Counted from the stretch's first letter, positions 40,274 through 53,924 are shown. The stretch is DNA of 64,000 bases from Eledone cirrhosa (GCA_964016885.1 OZ024740.1:334986001-335050000); one strand, 5' to 3'. Numbers and translations: made by a program. The notes: generated from the letters alone by a model not told the origin.

Positions 40274-41214
40274 AAGTAGTTACTGCCCGGGAAAATATAT
40301 ATCTTTATGTATATACGTATGTGTGCAGTATGTAATTGAACATATATTGCTTATGTGTATAGTATATTGGTATATCTGCGTGTTGATTTATGTGTGCAGC
40401 AGTATGTATTGACGAAAATTCTCTATTTCTATCTTCAATTTATTATTTTTTTTTTCTGTTTACTAATTTAATTTCCTTAACATTTTTTCACCGAAATTTA
40501 AATTCACTTAATATGGAATGTTGCCAATTTGTTCTGTCGTTTTTAAGCTTTTCGTTTCTTAAACGACCAGTATATTAGTTCAAAAGACATAGTATATTGA
40601 AAGAAAACTCAAACTACTTAAGACGTAACGCATATATTTTTTTTAAATTACTATAGAAAATGATGAAAATATTTTCATCAAAGTTTGTATTAAATATTTT
40701 TTTCTGTATAACGTTGATCTCCTCAAGTAAATCTACTAAACCTAAGTAGTTAGCTCATGTTCCCAATCAAAATTCTGAGTAGGTTTGCTATTAATAAAAT
40801 TGCATATAACTGGTTACAATTGCAAAACACAAAAATGGAAAAAAGATTAGGACACTCAATATCTAATTTTATAACTAAGCATATCGTATCTTAAATATTG
40901 CAAATTGTATCACATGGATTTATTTTCAGAACTGGATATACTCATGTTTCATATATGTACGCTCGTTTATATGTATGTGCGTATGAATGTACGTATGTTA
41001 TTCTGGTTTCATTGTTTTATATATGTTTAACAATAGAGAGAGAGTCGGTTTCTAACATAGACGCAAGACTCTTTCATTGGTATTTACACAACATCAGCTA
41101 GGTAAATATGTATGCATATCTACATATCTGCATACGAGCGTGTATGTGTGGAGGTTATTGAATGTTTGGATATGTGTTTTGAGTTACATGTTTACACGTG
41201 CATATGATTTGCAT

Positions 41215-41480
41215 CTATATATTTGTATATGCAGCTACTAGTCGTGTTCTTACAGGTTCTGTGAAGCCCAGTTTCTCACAATGTGTACCGAGGCATTTAT
41301 TAACATATCCCAGAGCCTCAATGATCACAGGTATAAATCTGAAGGTTGAATCAGTGTGGAATATCAGTAGAGTCATCGTTAGATCAATATGTATGTTCTC
41401 CTTTTCGCTAATCTTTAATATTATATTGGCATCTCTTGGGCAGCTGACTTCCACTATTGTGCATGCTTAATTTTCCTTGT
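41215..41480 (-). mobile_element. RLE-type non-LTR retrotransposon fragment (R4/Dong-like endonuclease C-terminus)
   Basis: VEVSCPRDANI..KISEKENI....FIPVIIEALGYV..LG..CEKLGF. Confidence 0.6.
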
Positions 41481-41751
41481 CCTATATCACTATATCTAGT
41501 ATGCGATGCTTGCATTTTGTTTGCGCTTTGGTTGGAAAATTCAACAACAGTTATTTGTGCCACTAAAATATATATTTTAAGTAATTCAGTTTTATTCGCA
41601 CATTGAAAATGTATTTTCAAAACGAGGCTCAGAAATATCAGATTTATTAATGAAGATGGTTAGAGCGAGTGATATATGACAGCAAAGCATTGTCTTTGGA
41701 AACATGTTAAATCAGTTAATAAACATTATTAGATTTATAATCACGAACACT

Positions 41752-42165
41752 TCTGAATAATAATTGTTTCTACTTTTGGCACAAGGCCAGCAATTAACCA
41801 GTGCATTACTGGTACTTTATTTTATCGACCCCGTAGATGAAGGGCAAAGTTAACCTCGGCGGGATTTGAACTCAGAATGGCAAGGACCGTAACTCTATGC
41901 GTCAAAGCATGGCGTCCGACCCTCTACCGATACTGCCAATCCACCGCCCTTCTGAATAATAATTGTTTCTACTTTTGGCACAAGGCCAGCAATTATCCAG
42001 TGTATTACTGGTACTTTATTTTATCGACCCCGTAAGGATGAAAGGCAAAGTTAACCTCGGCGGGATTTGAACTCAGAATGGCCCAGGGCCGTAACTCTAT
42101 GCGTCAAAGCATGGCGTCCGACCCTCTACCGATACTGCCAATCCACCGCCCTTCTGAATAATAAT
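41752..42165 (-). mobile_element. Tandem SINE dimer bracketed and separated by the same ttctgaataataat direct repeat
   Basis: Two near-identical full SINEs (about 41760-41949 and 41958-42150); direct repeat at about 41751, 41950 and 42152. Confidence 0.9.
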
Positions 42166-42978
42166 ATTCTACAACATGAATAGTATATGCATCACACAGA
42201 GATTACCATCGTATGATAAACTTTTATTTATATCTTCTAAATGACGTAGTTCAGTTGTTATGGTGTTCGGCTTATGGTCATGTGTCCGAATCGCACATAT
42301 TCTCTTAGCCCTTAAGGAACACACAAAACATACGTTACTACATACTGCTCAGCTGGGAATAAACCATTTTAATTGTAATTGAAATAGCCAGTCATTTCAC
42401 ACAGTGTATCACGCTGAATCTCTCTCAGATATACGTTAAGGATATACGTGTCTGTGAAATGCTCAGCCACTTGTAAATTAATTTCACCAGTACGCTGTTC
42501 CACTCATCAGGCATCTAGATCACATGTCGTGTGAATACCCAAGGTGGCACAAATATTAATTCAGAATTCTGTAGGAGATTTAGATGACAGAGTTTTCAAA
42601 ATTTTTCAGACATTGATATTTCTAAAAATAATCCTTCTATACATTTATATATAATGACTCAATATTATCTCTTCAATCAAAGATGTGAGATTATTTTTAA
42701 AATCTCGTTCAGAGAGATATATTGCCAATTACAATATGACTTTTTGAAATATACAATAATTAATATCTACACAGTAATCCTCAATTGTGTAAGGGCAAGC
42801 TTTCCCATTACGAATACAATTTTCAAGTGTGTGATAAAATGCAGAAATATTTACATATATTCAGAAATATATATATCGATACAAGTCCCTGTCCAATAAT
42901 TGCATCCGTGACACTAGTGGTGATATATTCCTGCATAAATAAGCGAATATAAGAGAGTAGTAGTGAATGTATCTCATG

Positions 42979-43367
42979 TTTGTGTAATTAATTGTTTCTA
43001 CTGTTGGCACAAGGCCAGCAATTACCCAGTGCATTACTGGTACTTTATTTTATCGATACCGTAAGGATGAAAGGCAAATTTAACCTCGGCGGGATTTGGA
43101 CTCAGATCATAAAGGGCCATAACTCTATGCTTCAAAGCATGTTGTCCGACCCTCTACCGATACTGACAATCTATTTGTGTAATTAATTGTTCCTATTTTA
43201 GGCACAAGGCCAGCAATACCCAGTATATTACTGGTACTTCATTTTATCGACCCCGCAAGGATGAAAGGCAAAGTTAACCTCGGCGGGCGGGATTTGAACT
43301 TAGATCATAAAGGGACATAACTCTATGCTTCAAAGCATGGTGTCCGACTCTCTACCGATACTGCCAA
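42979..43367 (-). mobile_element. Tandem SINE dimer
   Basis: Two full copies, each preceded on the plus strand by tttgtgtaattaattgtt. Confidence 0.85.
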
Positions 43368-44383
43368 TACTGAACAGGTTTCAAATATATTTGTTATTCC
43401 TCGTGTGACATTAGTTATCAGACTTCGCTGGGTATCTTCACCAAACGAAAAAAAACAAAAACATACGTATCACAAATTTCTCAAGATGTATATTCTTTTC
43501 TTTTTTTTCCAAGTACAAGAAGCATGTTAATTGAATCAATTTGAGAATGAATTGTATTGTTTTATCCATTTCATAAATGCAATGATTTTCGAACTAATTT
43601 GAAAGGATGTCTCACATGCTTCATGGAGATTCGTAAATCAGAAACCAGTCTGAAATCAAAGTAATTAAAGGAAGTGCTACTGACGGGGAAACATTGGTAA
43701 GGTGTGATGACAAATAAGTGAACTTAACATAAGAACAAGAGAAATAAACACCTATCATGTCAGATCCTGTTTTATTTTCCTTTGTTCATAGTATTATTTT
43801 TCATTAAATATAGCGCAGAATTTTACTAGAATTACCATTATTCCTATTAACTTTTTGTTTATATGTCTAAAAAGAGTATAAGCATTGCTTCCTCTGTTCT
43901 CATTGTTCTTATAATAATCTACGCAACATGCTTATAGGATTGCTATCTCCAGACAAAAAAATCGAAGTAGAAAGTAGAAACAAGAATCTTAGAAAATTTA
44001 TTGCCACGAAATAAATCTATTTTAAACAACAGTTAGAAAGGAAACAGAGCAAAAAGGTTCCAATTAACTTCTATTTCTCATTGGTTACAGTCAATTCCTC
44101 TGTCTTTAATTTCCCTTTCTTTTCGCAAGAGTAGATTTCAGTTTGATTTAATTAGTCTTTAATCACTATAGAGGCGATTCCAGAAAGGAAGCGAAGGGAC
44201 TAAAGTATTGAATGGTAAATAAAATAGAAAACAAAAGTTTATTGTACGATATTCAAAATATGGCGAAATTTAACAACATTTAAGTGAAACCCTCTCACGT
44301 ACACACTTAGCAAACACACACACACACTATTATATATGTATATATATATATACATATATATATATATCTTTATATATATATAT

Positions 44384-44439
<56 letters not shown>

Positions 44440-44442
<3 letters not shown>

Positions 44443-44600
44443 TGCGGTACCGAGTAGACCACAAATCATGTGAGTACTGGATACATGGGGAGATGTAGAC
44501 TGGGTATAGAGATATGTAAAATCCCGACCGCGGCCCCATACGGTTTCGGCTTGTGACAGAAGCCAAAACCGCTTGGCGCCACCCTCAGGATAATAACCTC
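44440..44600. mobile_element. PLE-like mini-element with a hammerhead 3' half, between (TA)n(GA)n and (TC)n(TA)n
   Basis: Minus strand: ggctt ctgtcac aagcc-GAAAC-cg tatggggccg cg-GTC-gggatttt, then a tail containing atgtatccagtac. Confidence 0.55.
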
Positions 44601-44601
44601 T

Positions 44602-44689
<88 letters not shown>

Positions 44690-45769
44690 TATATACATAT
44701 ATATCTGTCTATGTCTGTGTGTGTTTGTGTATATATATCTGTGTATGTATATATGTGTGAATTTATAAACAAACCCTCTTCTCAAATCCATATATGTAAT
44801 AAATATGAGTGTGTGAGTATGTGTTGGTGTGTGTGTGGGTGTGTGTGTGTGTTTCTGTGTTTCTGTTTTCGTGTGTGTTTGTGTTTGATTCAAACTTACA
44901 GGAAATTGTTTGTATTATACTGTAAAAAGAAGTAAAACAAAATCAAAATGAGAATAAATTTAAATGAAATATAGAGATATAATCAAAGAAAGTCTAAAAA
45001 TAAACAGTACATATGATTTAGATTTCTTGCTTGGAACACAAGTTTTATCCAAAGATAGATGGACTCGGAATAGACAAAAAATAATAGTTCAAGCTATTTT
45101 TGTCTAGCTCAGGGAAAACAAAATAAATTTCATTCTATGTATCAATCAGAATCAAATTCCGAAAAACTCTCGTATTTTGAAACGTGTTTGTTTGTTAGTT
45201 TGTTTCTACATATATGTTCTTTTTTTATTTTACGTGGTATAAATTTTTCTCGTTATAATTTCCTAGTTTTTATTTTTATTCCTTTTATTTTTACTCGTCG
45301 TTGCTAATAACAATTTGATTTGTTTTCCCAATTTTAGTTTCTGCTGGTCAGCTAATTCAATTTCATGAGGTTTATTTAACAGTACTTCACTCATGCGTGA
45401 AATAACACTGGGAAAGTTTTCAGAATATTTTATTTCATTTTATAGTGGTTTATAAAGAAAAAGTCAGCAGCACCTTTTGTAGTTTTCAAATACGAATGGA
45501 CATAACAATTGAACTCTATATTGCACATACATACACCTTCGAGCGCGGGTATACTCACACACAAACACCAATCATATAAACAACTACCCTAATTATTAAA
45601 ATACATCTAACCTCATGTCATATTGCTGAAATTCTCATGGTTGTATTCACTCTTTAATTCTCTTCCCTTCCAGTTGAAATGTCCCTCTCAATCTCACTAT
45701 ATCTCTTCCTATGAATATCTCTCTATCTCTCTTTCATTGTATCTATCTACATATCTATCTATCTATCTA

Positions 45770-48155
45770 GGAGAAGATAGACGTGTTTTTTTCGCTCCTG
45801 CATTTTGTCGGAATTCATTACGAGAAGCGGTAGGTTTGTTTAAGTAATTTATTATTTGTTGTGTTTGACCCCTCACCTGCGCCTGCAGATGTTGGTTACA
45901 ATAAATTTCGCCCCTTTTTGGGGCGAAATTTAATTATTATAAGTTGTCGATAAAAAGTCGTTTAGTGACAATGGACGCCATTAATACGACGCATGCCACG
46001 CACCCCAAGGAAAGTGATAAAGAGAAGGTAGCAGCACAAAGATGTAACCCTTCCCTCCTCACTCCCGCAAAAGACACCACGGAATCAAAATAAAAAATTG
46101 TGGAAATGGGTGAAATCCCCAAAAGTAACAATTACACAAACAAGAACAACAATGACAATAACAACACAACCAACAACAGCAACAATGACAATAACAACAC
46201 AACCAACAACAGCAATAATGGCAAACCAACAAAGGGAAAAAGAAAGCCAACACGAATAACAACAACAACAATGATAACAACACGAAAGAAAACGGACCCA
46301 CAGCTGCAGTCCCATTCGCACAGGCAGTCCGAGCAACGCAGACATACAAGGTACTGGACATCTCGAATGCCAAGAAATTGCTGAAAGAAACAAGGAATTG
46401 TGTAAATTTCGGGGAAGTTGGGGAATTCACAATTACCTCGCCCGAAGAAATTAGAAGGGACACAGTCCTCAGGAATGTAATCTTTAGGACAGTTTCGAAC
46501 ACGACTAGGAAACCGGCTCAATTGTCCCAAAGCGAAATTGAGCTGGTCCTAAGTAGTGCCTAGAAGGATATCGCTTTCATACAGAAAGGGAAACTGTATG
46601 GAAGCATATCTGTTTTAATGCAAGATGAATTGGCGGCACGGAAATATTCTGTGTCGCCAATTGTATCCAAAGCATAAACCTTTTTCCCCACATATTTGGC
46701 GAAAAGAACTCAAAAGATAAGAATCTCGAGTATCAGGCCAAATACAAGCATTTGGTGGGTGCTAACGGAATTCTTAGAAGATGAGGACACGATCCTTTCG
46801 ATAGGCGAATCCAACACAAAACTGTCCCACCGAGTGCAAACTATCCTTGAAAGGTCGAGCGGAGGTGGCGAACACTTTTATAGAGTCCCTCATCTACTAC
46901 CGCTTGACTGTCGTGCCTTGTCCAGCCAAAACGCTCACCAAAATGTAGCGCGCGCTCTTCCAATTCTTTTGGAAGAAAAGGGCTCCTTTTATGAGAAGAT
47001 CCATCTGCTGCCAACACCCTTCAAACGGAGGGCTTGGGATGCCATGGCTGACGATGCGAAAACACGCACTCAGGCCGCGGCACCTCCTTGTATTCCTCAC
47101 CAGACAACCGGTGTGTGCCCCGTTCGTGAGGCGAGCCTTCCCACGACTCGTCTCGCTGACCGAGCTGCAGTCCTGGGTCAAGCAAAGACCGAGGAAAATG
47201 GGCGACTGGCACATCGAACGTGCTCAGGCACTCAGAGTCCTCTGGCAAACGGACCCGGCGATCAGTGTAGACTCCACTTCGACATTCTATAGAGGGTTGG
47301 TCCGCAGCAAGTGCGACGACACGCTAGGAGAAACTCTAGGCGTAGAAGAGGACGAACTGGCCAGTCTGTTCGGTAGGCCCTTCCGCCCGGGACCAATGGA
47401 CAACTTCCAAAGGTCACTGGCCTGGCAGTGCTACCGAGGAGCTCTACCAGTTCGAGACAAGCTCTACAGATACGGGCGCCCGGGTAGGGACCCTTCGAAA
47501 AAGATCTTTCTGAGATGCGTGCTCGACGAGGAAACCGTCGCGCACGCATTTGTACACTGCTCGGGCGTTACCGACCTGTAGGACTATGTATAACGACTAT
47601 AGTCGTGGTTGGGACCAATCTAGTTGAACACCGAGTTCATTGTCATGATCAAACCGCCACCCTCCTTCAACAACGAGGGAGAAGCGGATTTCCTATGTGT
47701 TATGGCTATGGTGAAAGAGGTTATATGGTGGACGAGGTTAAAAGGGCTGAGGTCAGACACCTTTCTCTCCGGCGAGCAACTGATTCGTTTTTTTCAAATA
47801 TCATTTTGGAAGAAGAATCAGGATAGAGAGAGGTGCTGTACCCCAGCAAATGTTATAAAAGGTGGGTGAATGTGGCAAAGATGGCCCGAGTGGTTGGGCC
47901 ATCAATCTATATAAACCTGTAGGTTGAGGAAAAAAGAGGAAGAGAGGAAGGGAGTACTCACTCTTGGTGCTCCTGGAGATGAAGGTTGCACATTATTTCG
48001 GGGTGTGTACAACCCCTGTGTAACCCCCCCCCTTATGGGGGATTTGAATTGTTATTTGTTATTTTATTAATAGTTTTATTTTCATATACCTGTATGTAAA
48101 CTCCCCATTTGTATTTGTCCCCTTCTGTTGTGCCCTTGTGGCTAATGAAGAAATG
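45770..48155 (+). mobile_element. Internally deleted Tx1-like (L1 group) non-LTR retrotransposon inserted in a (TATC)n repeat
   Basis: Decayed ORF1-like region at 45972-46825 joined to the ORF2 C-terminus: KLSLKGRAEVAN, FFWK, GGLGMP, LAWQCYRGALPVRDKL, RC...ETVAHAFVHC (zf-RVT-like). Confidence 0.8.
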
Positions 48156-48359
48156 TATCTCTCTATCTATCTCTCTATCTATCTATCTATCACTCTCTCA
48201 CATACACTCTCTGTATGTCTTGCTTATATTTAAATCCTAATTGTTCGTGGGTGACCTTTTTTTAAAATTCCCTTACCCATATTACCAAGATGTAGATACT
48301 CCTGCAAAAGCGAATCAGTCAAATGATTCTGACGAAAAATGAAAATAACGGTTGCTGCT

Positions 48360-48495
48360 GTTGATGATGATGATGATGATGACGATAATAGTGATAATGA
48401 TGATGATGATGATGATGATGATGATAATGCTGATGACGTTTACAATGACGAATATGAGGGCGACGGTGATGATGGTGAATGCGATGATGATGATT
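48360..48495. repeat. Imperfect (GAT)n repeat
   Basis: Seen directly. Confidence 0.95.
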
Positions 48496-49340
48496 ATGCA
48501 ACATTGAATTGTTTACTTCCGATTTCTTTCTCCTTCATAGAAAAGCATGATCAGAGAAGACCCATTCAGCCTCTTCAGTTACGCCTCGCATCGCACACTA
48601 GAATAAGAATTTCCATCCAGTGGTACGTGAAGAAATTTAGTGCTTAGCGAGAGAGGAAGATTTTTATCCCCAAACCTTTCAGAAGGGTTCATTACACAGA
48701 CATTTTCTTCATAGTTACCAGGAGAGCAAGATGTTTCGCATTTCTCGTCAAGGTATGTGGAGGTTCAGGTTTCAATATAGACCCAGCTGAAAGGTGAATT
48801 GTTCTCACAGGTAATAACAACTGTTCGACACAAGTATACATGCATGCAAAATCCCAAATTGAAAATTATATTACACTATGAGGGTGGATGTTCAGACAAT
48901 GTCTATCAGTGTCTTCAAACTTCTGAACTCACAACAGGACTACATAGATTAATATTTGATTCGGATAGAAGCTTGTTCCCTATGATTTTCCAATTAAGAA
49001 TTACATATGGATCTAAATATACCAATTTTGGAATTTACAACAGAAATCACAATAAGTCTACGCTTACAAAATTCAGATTGATGTCATGACATTTGTCACA
49101 TGGGGAATTTTGAATCAACGATACACTTAAAGAAAACATATAACCTCTAGAAATATTGATATGGTTGAGGTTGACGACAAGATAATATACCGATAGAAGG
49201 TTTCTAATTTAAACAACTGAATAACGAGAAAGATGAAATTAGTTGCCGCTTCTATACATAATACAACTATTATTTTTTTTAAATAAAAAGAAATTACGAC
49301 GCATATTTATCAGATATAGAGAGAAGCGACAACAAATGCT

Positions 49341-49529
49341 AGCGGTAGATTGGCAGTATCGGTAGAGGGTCGAAGGCCATGCTTTGACGCATAGAGTTAC
49401 GACCCTCTCGATTCTGATTTCAGATCCGCCTAGGTTAACTTTGCTTTCATCCTTACGAGGTCAATAAAATAAAGTACCAGTAATGCACTGGATAACTGCT
49501 GGCCTTGTGCCAAAAGTAGAAACAATTAT
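49341..49529 (+). mobile_element. tRNA-derived SINE, full length
   Basis: gcggtagattggcagtatcggtagagggtcg...aataaagtaccagtaatgcactgg...gtgccaaaagtagaaacaatta. Confidence 0.85.
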
Positions 49530-50527
49530 ACTGCGAAAATAATTTTACTATCTATGATAGGCAGCAGATTAAAATAATTTGCCGCATATCAAAAGCACGT
49601 GATGAGAATATACCTTCTGTGTTTGTAAATATGGAATAGAGAAATTTTATATTTATTTCTGAGAAATATAGTTAATTGTCAGTAATATTAATCATTTTCA
49701 TAGGAATGGTGTAGACGCGGAAATTATTATTTTTCTTTCGGCTTTACCTAAATCCCCAAAGATAATAATTGATAATACTATTTGAAAAATATGAACAATA
49801 CGGGAGAAAGAGAAATTTTATATTTTCTGGGTGTTTAATACACTTCTTTATAGAATAAATAAATTAGTTGATTTAAAATGCCTCAGTCTGATGGGAAAGT
49901 AAATAAACACAAAAAGAAACTATCAGACGTTTAGAAAATTATTATCTCGTAATTGTTATTCTTATTCACTAGTGACATCTATAATACTAGTTTCAATACT
50001 CCTTCGTGAGTTTCGTGTTTAAAATAATATTTAAATAACAATATTTTAGAACAGAATACTAATATATTCATACATATATACATGTATGTGTGTGTGTGAG
50101 AGAGAGAAAAAGAGAGAGAGCGTGCGAGTGAGAGAAAGAGAAAGTGAGAGATAGTAAGTGAGTATATATGCATATTTATATATTTATATAATTCAATAGC
50201 TCTGACATTTGGCAGATAAGCATTATACGGTACTGATGAAGGGTAATCACCCAGAAACATTAATGTCAGAGGTTGTTTATATGCCAACATTACAACAACA
50301 ATGCGGGGTTGATTCTACTCACATGGCTTAAATAGGATGTTTGAAACGATTATTATTAATATTCGAAAACCTCAGATATACATTTCTTGTATACAGCGAT
50401 GGAGAGCGATAATACTCTTTTTTAGTTATATATTCATTATTATTATATATATATATCAATATGTGTGTGTGTTTGTGTGTGTGTGTGCGTGTGTATGTTA
50501 GTGTGTGTGTGTGTGTATGTATCACAT

Positions 50528-50986
50528 ATATCTATGGCGGGTAAAATTCCCGAGATCCCTGAACGAGTTCTCTCCAGTGGTCTCTGTCCCTCACCATCGC
50601 TGCCTTGTCCTGCATCTCCAAGAGACCAGTGTCTGTCCTTAGGGCATAAACATATATCAACCTCGGTCTCCCTCTTCCATTGTGTCCATGCAGGGGCTCC
50701 CACAGGAGCACTGAGTGCAGTGTCCACTCTGGATGTCGGTGAGCATGTCCAGCTAACCTCAGTCTCCTCTGTGCTGCTTTCGAGCTGACTTTTGGGAGGC
50801 TTCCCTACAGTTCTGAGTACTTCAACCTCAGTGTGTACTTATTGATGTTCAGAGCCATCCTCAGCATTCTCGTGTGGCACCCAACCACCATCTGACTGGG
50901 TTTCTTGGTCAGTGTCCACGTCTCAGACCCGTAAAGCAGCACAGACCCCACTACAGCAATGACGAGGGGGATTTTCAGGTCTTTAC
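50528..50986 (-). mobile_element. RTE-clade LINE 3' fragment (paralog of 3292-3778)
   Basis: VVGSVLLYGSETWTLTKK..GCHTRMLRMALNI; shared 3' end ctcgggaattttacccgcc. Confidence 0.85.
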
Positions 50987-51016
50987 CTGAAATGAATGCA
51001 TATATATATATATATA

Positions 51017-51217
51017 TAACAAACGAAATGTGGTAAGGAACCATATGGACCATAACGCACCAGAGTACTCAATACTTAGGGTAGTGGAGTGGGAAATAGG
51101 AAAAAGTATGACCCCGACGGCAGAGTTCAAGCCGTTTCGACGGCTATTTCTGGACTGAAATAGTCCAGAAATAGCCGTCGAAACGGCTTGAGCTCTGCCG
51201 TCGGGGTCATACTTTTT

Positions 51218-51220
<3 letters not shown>
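51017..51220. mobile_element. Family-B fold-back mini-element (about 59-bp arms, 5-nt loop) with tail, in (TA)n
   Basis: 51098-51156 is the reverse complement of 51162-51220; each arm carries GAAAC-ggc..gcc-GTC-ggggtc; tail at 51017-51097 on the minus strand. Confidence 0.85.
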
Positions 51221-51254
<34 letters not shown>

Positions 51255-51282
51255 TTATGTTATATATATATATGTTTACAGA

Positions 51283-51364
51283 CTCGAACATTTAGAAGCA
51301 CATAGTCACAAATCTATATGTGGACGGCTTGAGTCGTATCATAACGTCGCTGTACTGTTAACCT
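51283..51364 (+). repeat. Dispersed about 80-bp repeat next to TA runs (second copy at 55290-55382)
   Basis: tgtttacagactcgaacatttagaa.cacatagtcacaaatcta.atgtggacg.cttgagtc..cataacgtcgc.gtactgttaacct at both sites. Confidence 0.8.
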
Positions 51365-51388
51365 ATATATATGCATTTATGCATTTAT

Positions 51389-51573
<185 letters not shown>

Positions 51574-51591
51574 CATATATATATATTTATG

Positions 51592-51665
<74 letters not shown>

Positions 51666-51721
51666 GTATTTCAGTAGAATAGAAAAGGTAAAGGAAATAT
51701 GCTCTATGTTTTGTACCGAAC

Positions 51722-51866
51722 TATTTAATTACATAATAAACAACTCAATATAATTTCATTACAGAAGGTTTTTAGAAACTAGATGATTCTTACAAGAACC
51801 ATCTAGTTTCTTAAAACCCTCTGTAGTGAAATAATTAAATTGTGTTGTTTATTATGTATTTAAATT
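51722..51866. repeat. Short fold-back element between microsatellites
   Basis: tacataataaacaac..tttcattacagaagg..gaaactagatgattctt / aagaaccatctagtttc..ccctctgtagtgaaa..gttgtttattatgta. Confidence 0.75.
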
Positions 51867-51905
<39 letters not shown>

Positions 51906-51946
51906 ATATATATAGTAATATATATAGTAATATATATATTAATATA

Positions 51947-52042
<96 letters not shown>

Positions 52043-52073
52043 ATATATATATAGTAATATATATAGTAATATA

Positions 52074-52123
<50 letters not shown>

Positions 52124-52129
<6 letters not shown>

Positions 52130-53538
52130 TAACAGATTAAAGTTTAAGCAAACAATCGCTGCTTTCACCCTTAACGGGATCTTCTGAAACTAACAAAGTC
52201 AATCTGTAAACGCAGAACTGGATATTTCAAAAAACGTTGCAACCGGAGGAAGACAGGAAGACGATACTTTGGTCCGTGGAAACGTTCGCTGGCAAAGAAC
52301 GGGAAAAAACGAATAATACGTCATCAATAGGAGCGGTGAAAAACAATTACGCGCAAAGACAGAACCACGTTTATGGTATAAAAGAGGTCGTAGACTAATG
52401 TTCTCTTAGGTGGTGCATAGAGACGTTCTCTGGCAATGAACGAAAAAACGAAGATAATACGTCATATGTGGAGCGTAGGGAACAATAGCACGCCAAGACA
52501 AAACCACGTAAATGGTATAGCAGAAGTCGTAGACTAAAATTCTAACTAGGAGACCAAATGAATCTCCGCTACAGAGTTAAGAACAAAGTAAATAAATACA
52601 ATACAGAAGTAATAGAAATAAATAAATACATACACGCAAACAAATACGTACATACACAAGCATACGCAAAACTTTACCATAGGTATACAAAACCACGCAC
52701 ATATAAATGTGTGTGTGTGTGAATGCGTGTATACAAATAAATAAATAATTATATAAACGTATAAGAATAAATAAATACGTATATAACAAGCGCACACACA
52801 TACCTACATATAAATACACGAATGTTCGGAGACGTAAATCAACTAAAACAAGAAGTACACATATACACACACGCACCATACGTACGAACCTGCATACTCA
52901 CACAGACGCAAAACTCCCGTATACACATAGCCAAACCCTATGTACCAGAAATATAAAATTATACGCCATAACAATCAAATATACGTACGAGAAGGTATAC
53001 GTACCTTCACAAAACATACGGGTAATATATACTTACCTATGCAAATAAGTAAAGGAATAAACAAAACATATACTTAGCTCCCACATCAAGATGTAAAATA
53101 TCCACGTATAGATCGTTCTATCCGTTAGGGTATAACGTGGGGCTGTAATACAGGAAAGTTTTGTGCAATTTATGTTTACAAGCCGAAATTGCCTCAGATT
53201 TTTTGTTTAAGATGTGGTCTGTGGCGTAGAGTATTTCCAGGGCCTCAGCAGCGCAGAGGTCACATGGTCTTTTATTTCCGTTATACGATCTAGCCTTAGC
53301 TAGGATCTCCCAGGGTAACTTATATTGGGTGTGGTTGTCTTTTAGACTCCAGATATAAGCTGAAAGTGACGTCATATTCCTTCTTAGAGGGTAACGAAAA
53401 TAATGGGTATGCATGTAAAGACGCTGCTTTAAACTATTGGCGGTTAACCATATGTAGGCCATATGGGACGTGGGTGTTACAACCTTACATTTGTAGACAA
53501 AGTTACTAGAGAGGCATTTCCCGGATAGGGGGAAATCA
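52124..53538 (-). mobile_element. 5'-truncated copy of the first Hydra-like PLE family (GIY-YIG C-terminus plus whole 3' pLTR with U4A hammerhead motif at 52141-52191)
   Basis: ORF 53118-53462 is nearly identical to the C-terminus of ORF 12546-13523; the pLTR matches 10048-10740. Confidence 0.9.
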
Positions 53539-53924
53539 ATATATATTTAATATAGAAATGGCTTCTACAGGACAAGAACTGTTTCATATATATAGGGATT
53601 GATTCCCGATACCCTTCGGGAGACGACCGCAGTTATAAAAACTATTAAATACGTTAATAGAGTGTAACGAGTATCATTTTATATAGAGATTACTGCTTAT
53701 AAATTTAGTGAGCACAATGGTCACCCGCTCCATTACCTTTCTCAAAGTAACTATAAGTAACGATACCGACCTATTTTATTTTTCTTTCCTGGTGATTTCT
53801 TACACCTGAAACAATTCTACTCTTTTAGAAATCATTTTAAGACAAAAGTAAGAGGTATACATATATGTTTGCTATTGCAAATTCCATTATTTAGTATTTA
53901 TTGCAAATAAATTGATAATTGACA

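Noticed and set aside
50970-51000. Apparent splice acceptor (ttcatttcag) at the 5' end of the RTE copy and a possible shared breakpoint with the 3.3-kb copy
   Set aside because: The first copy extends about 25 nt further, so the breakpoints differ; no evidence of exonisation.
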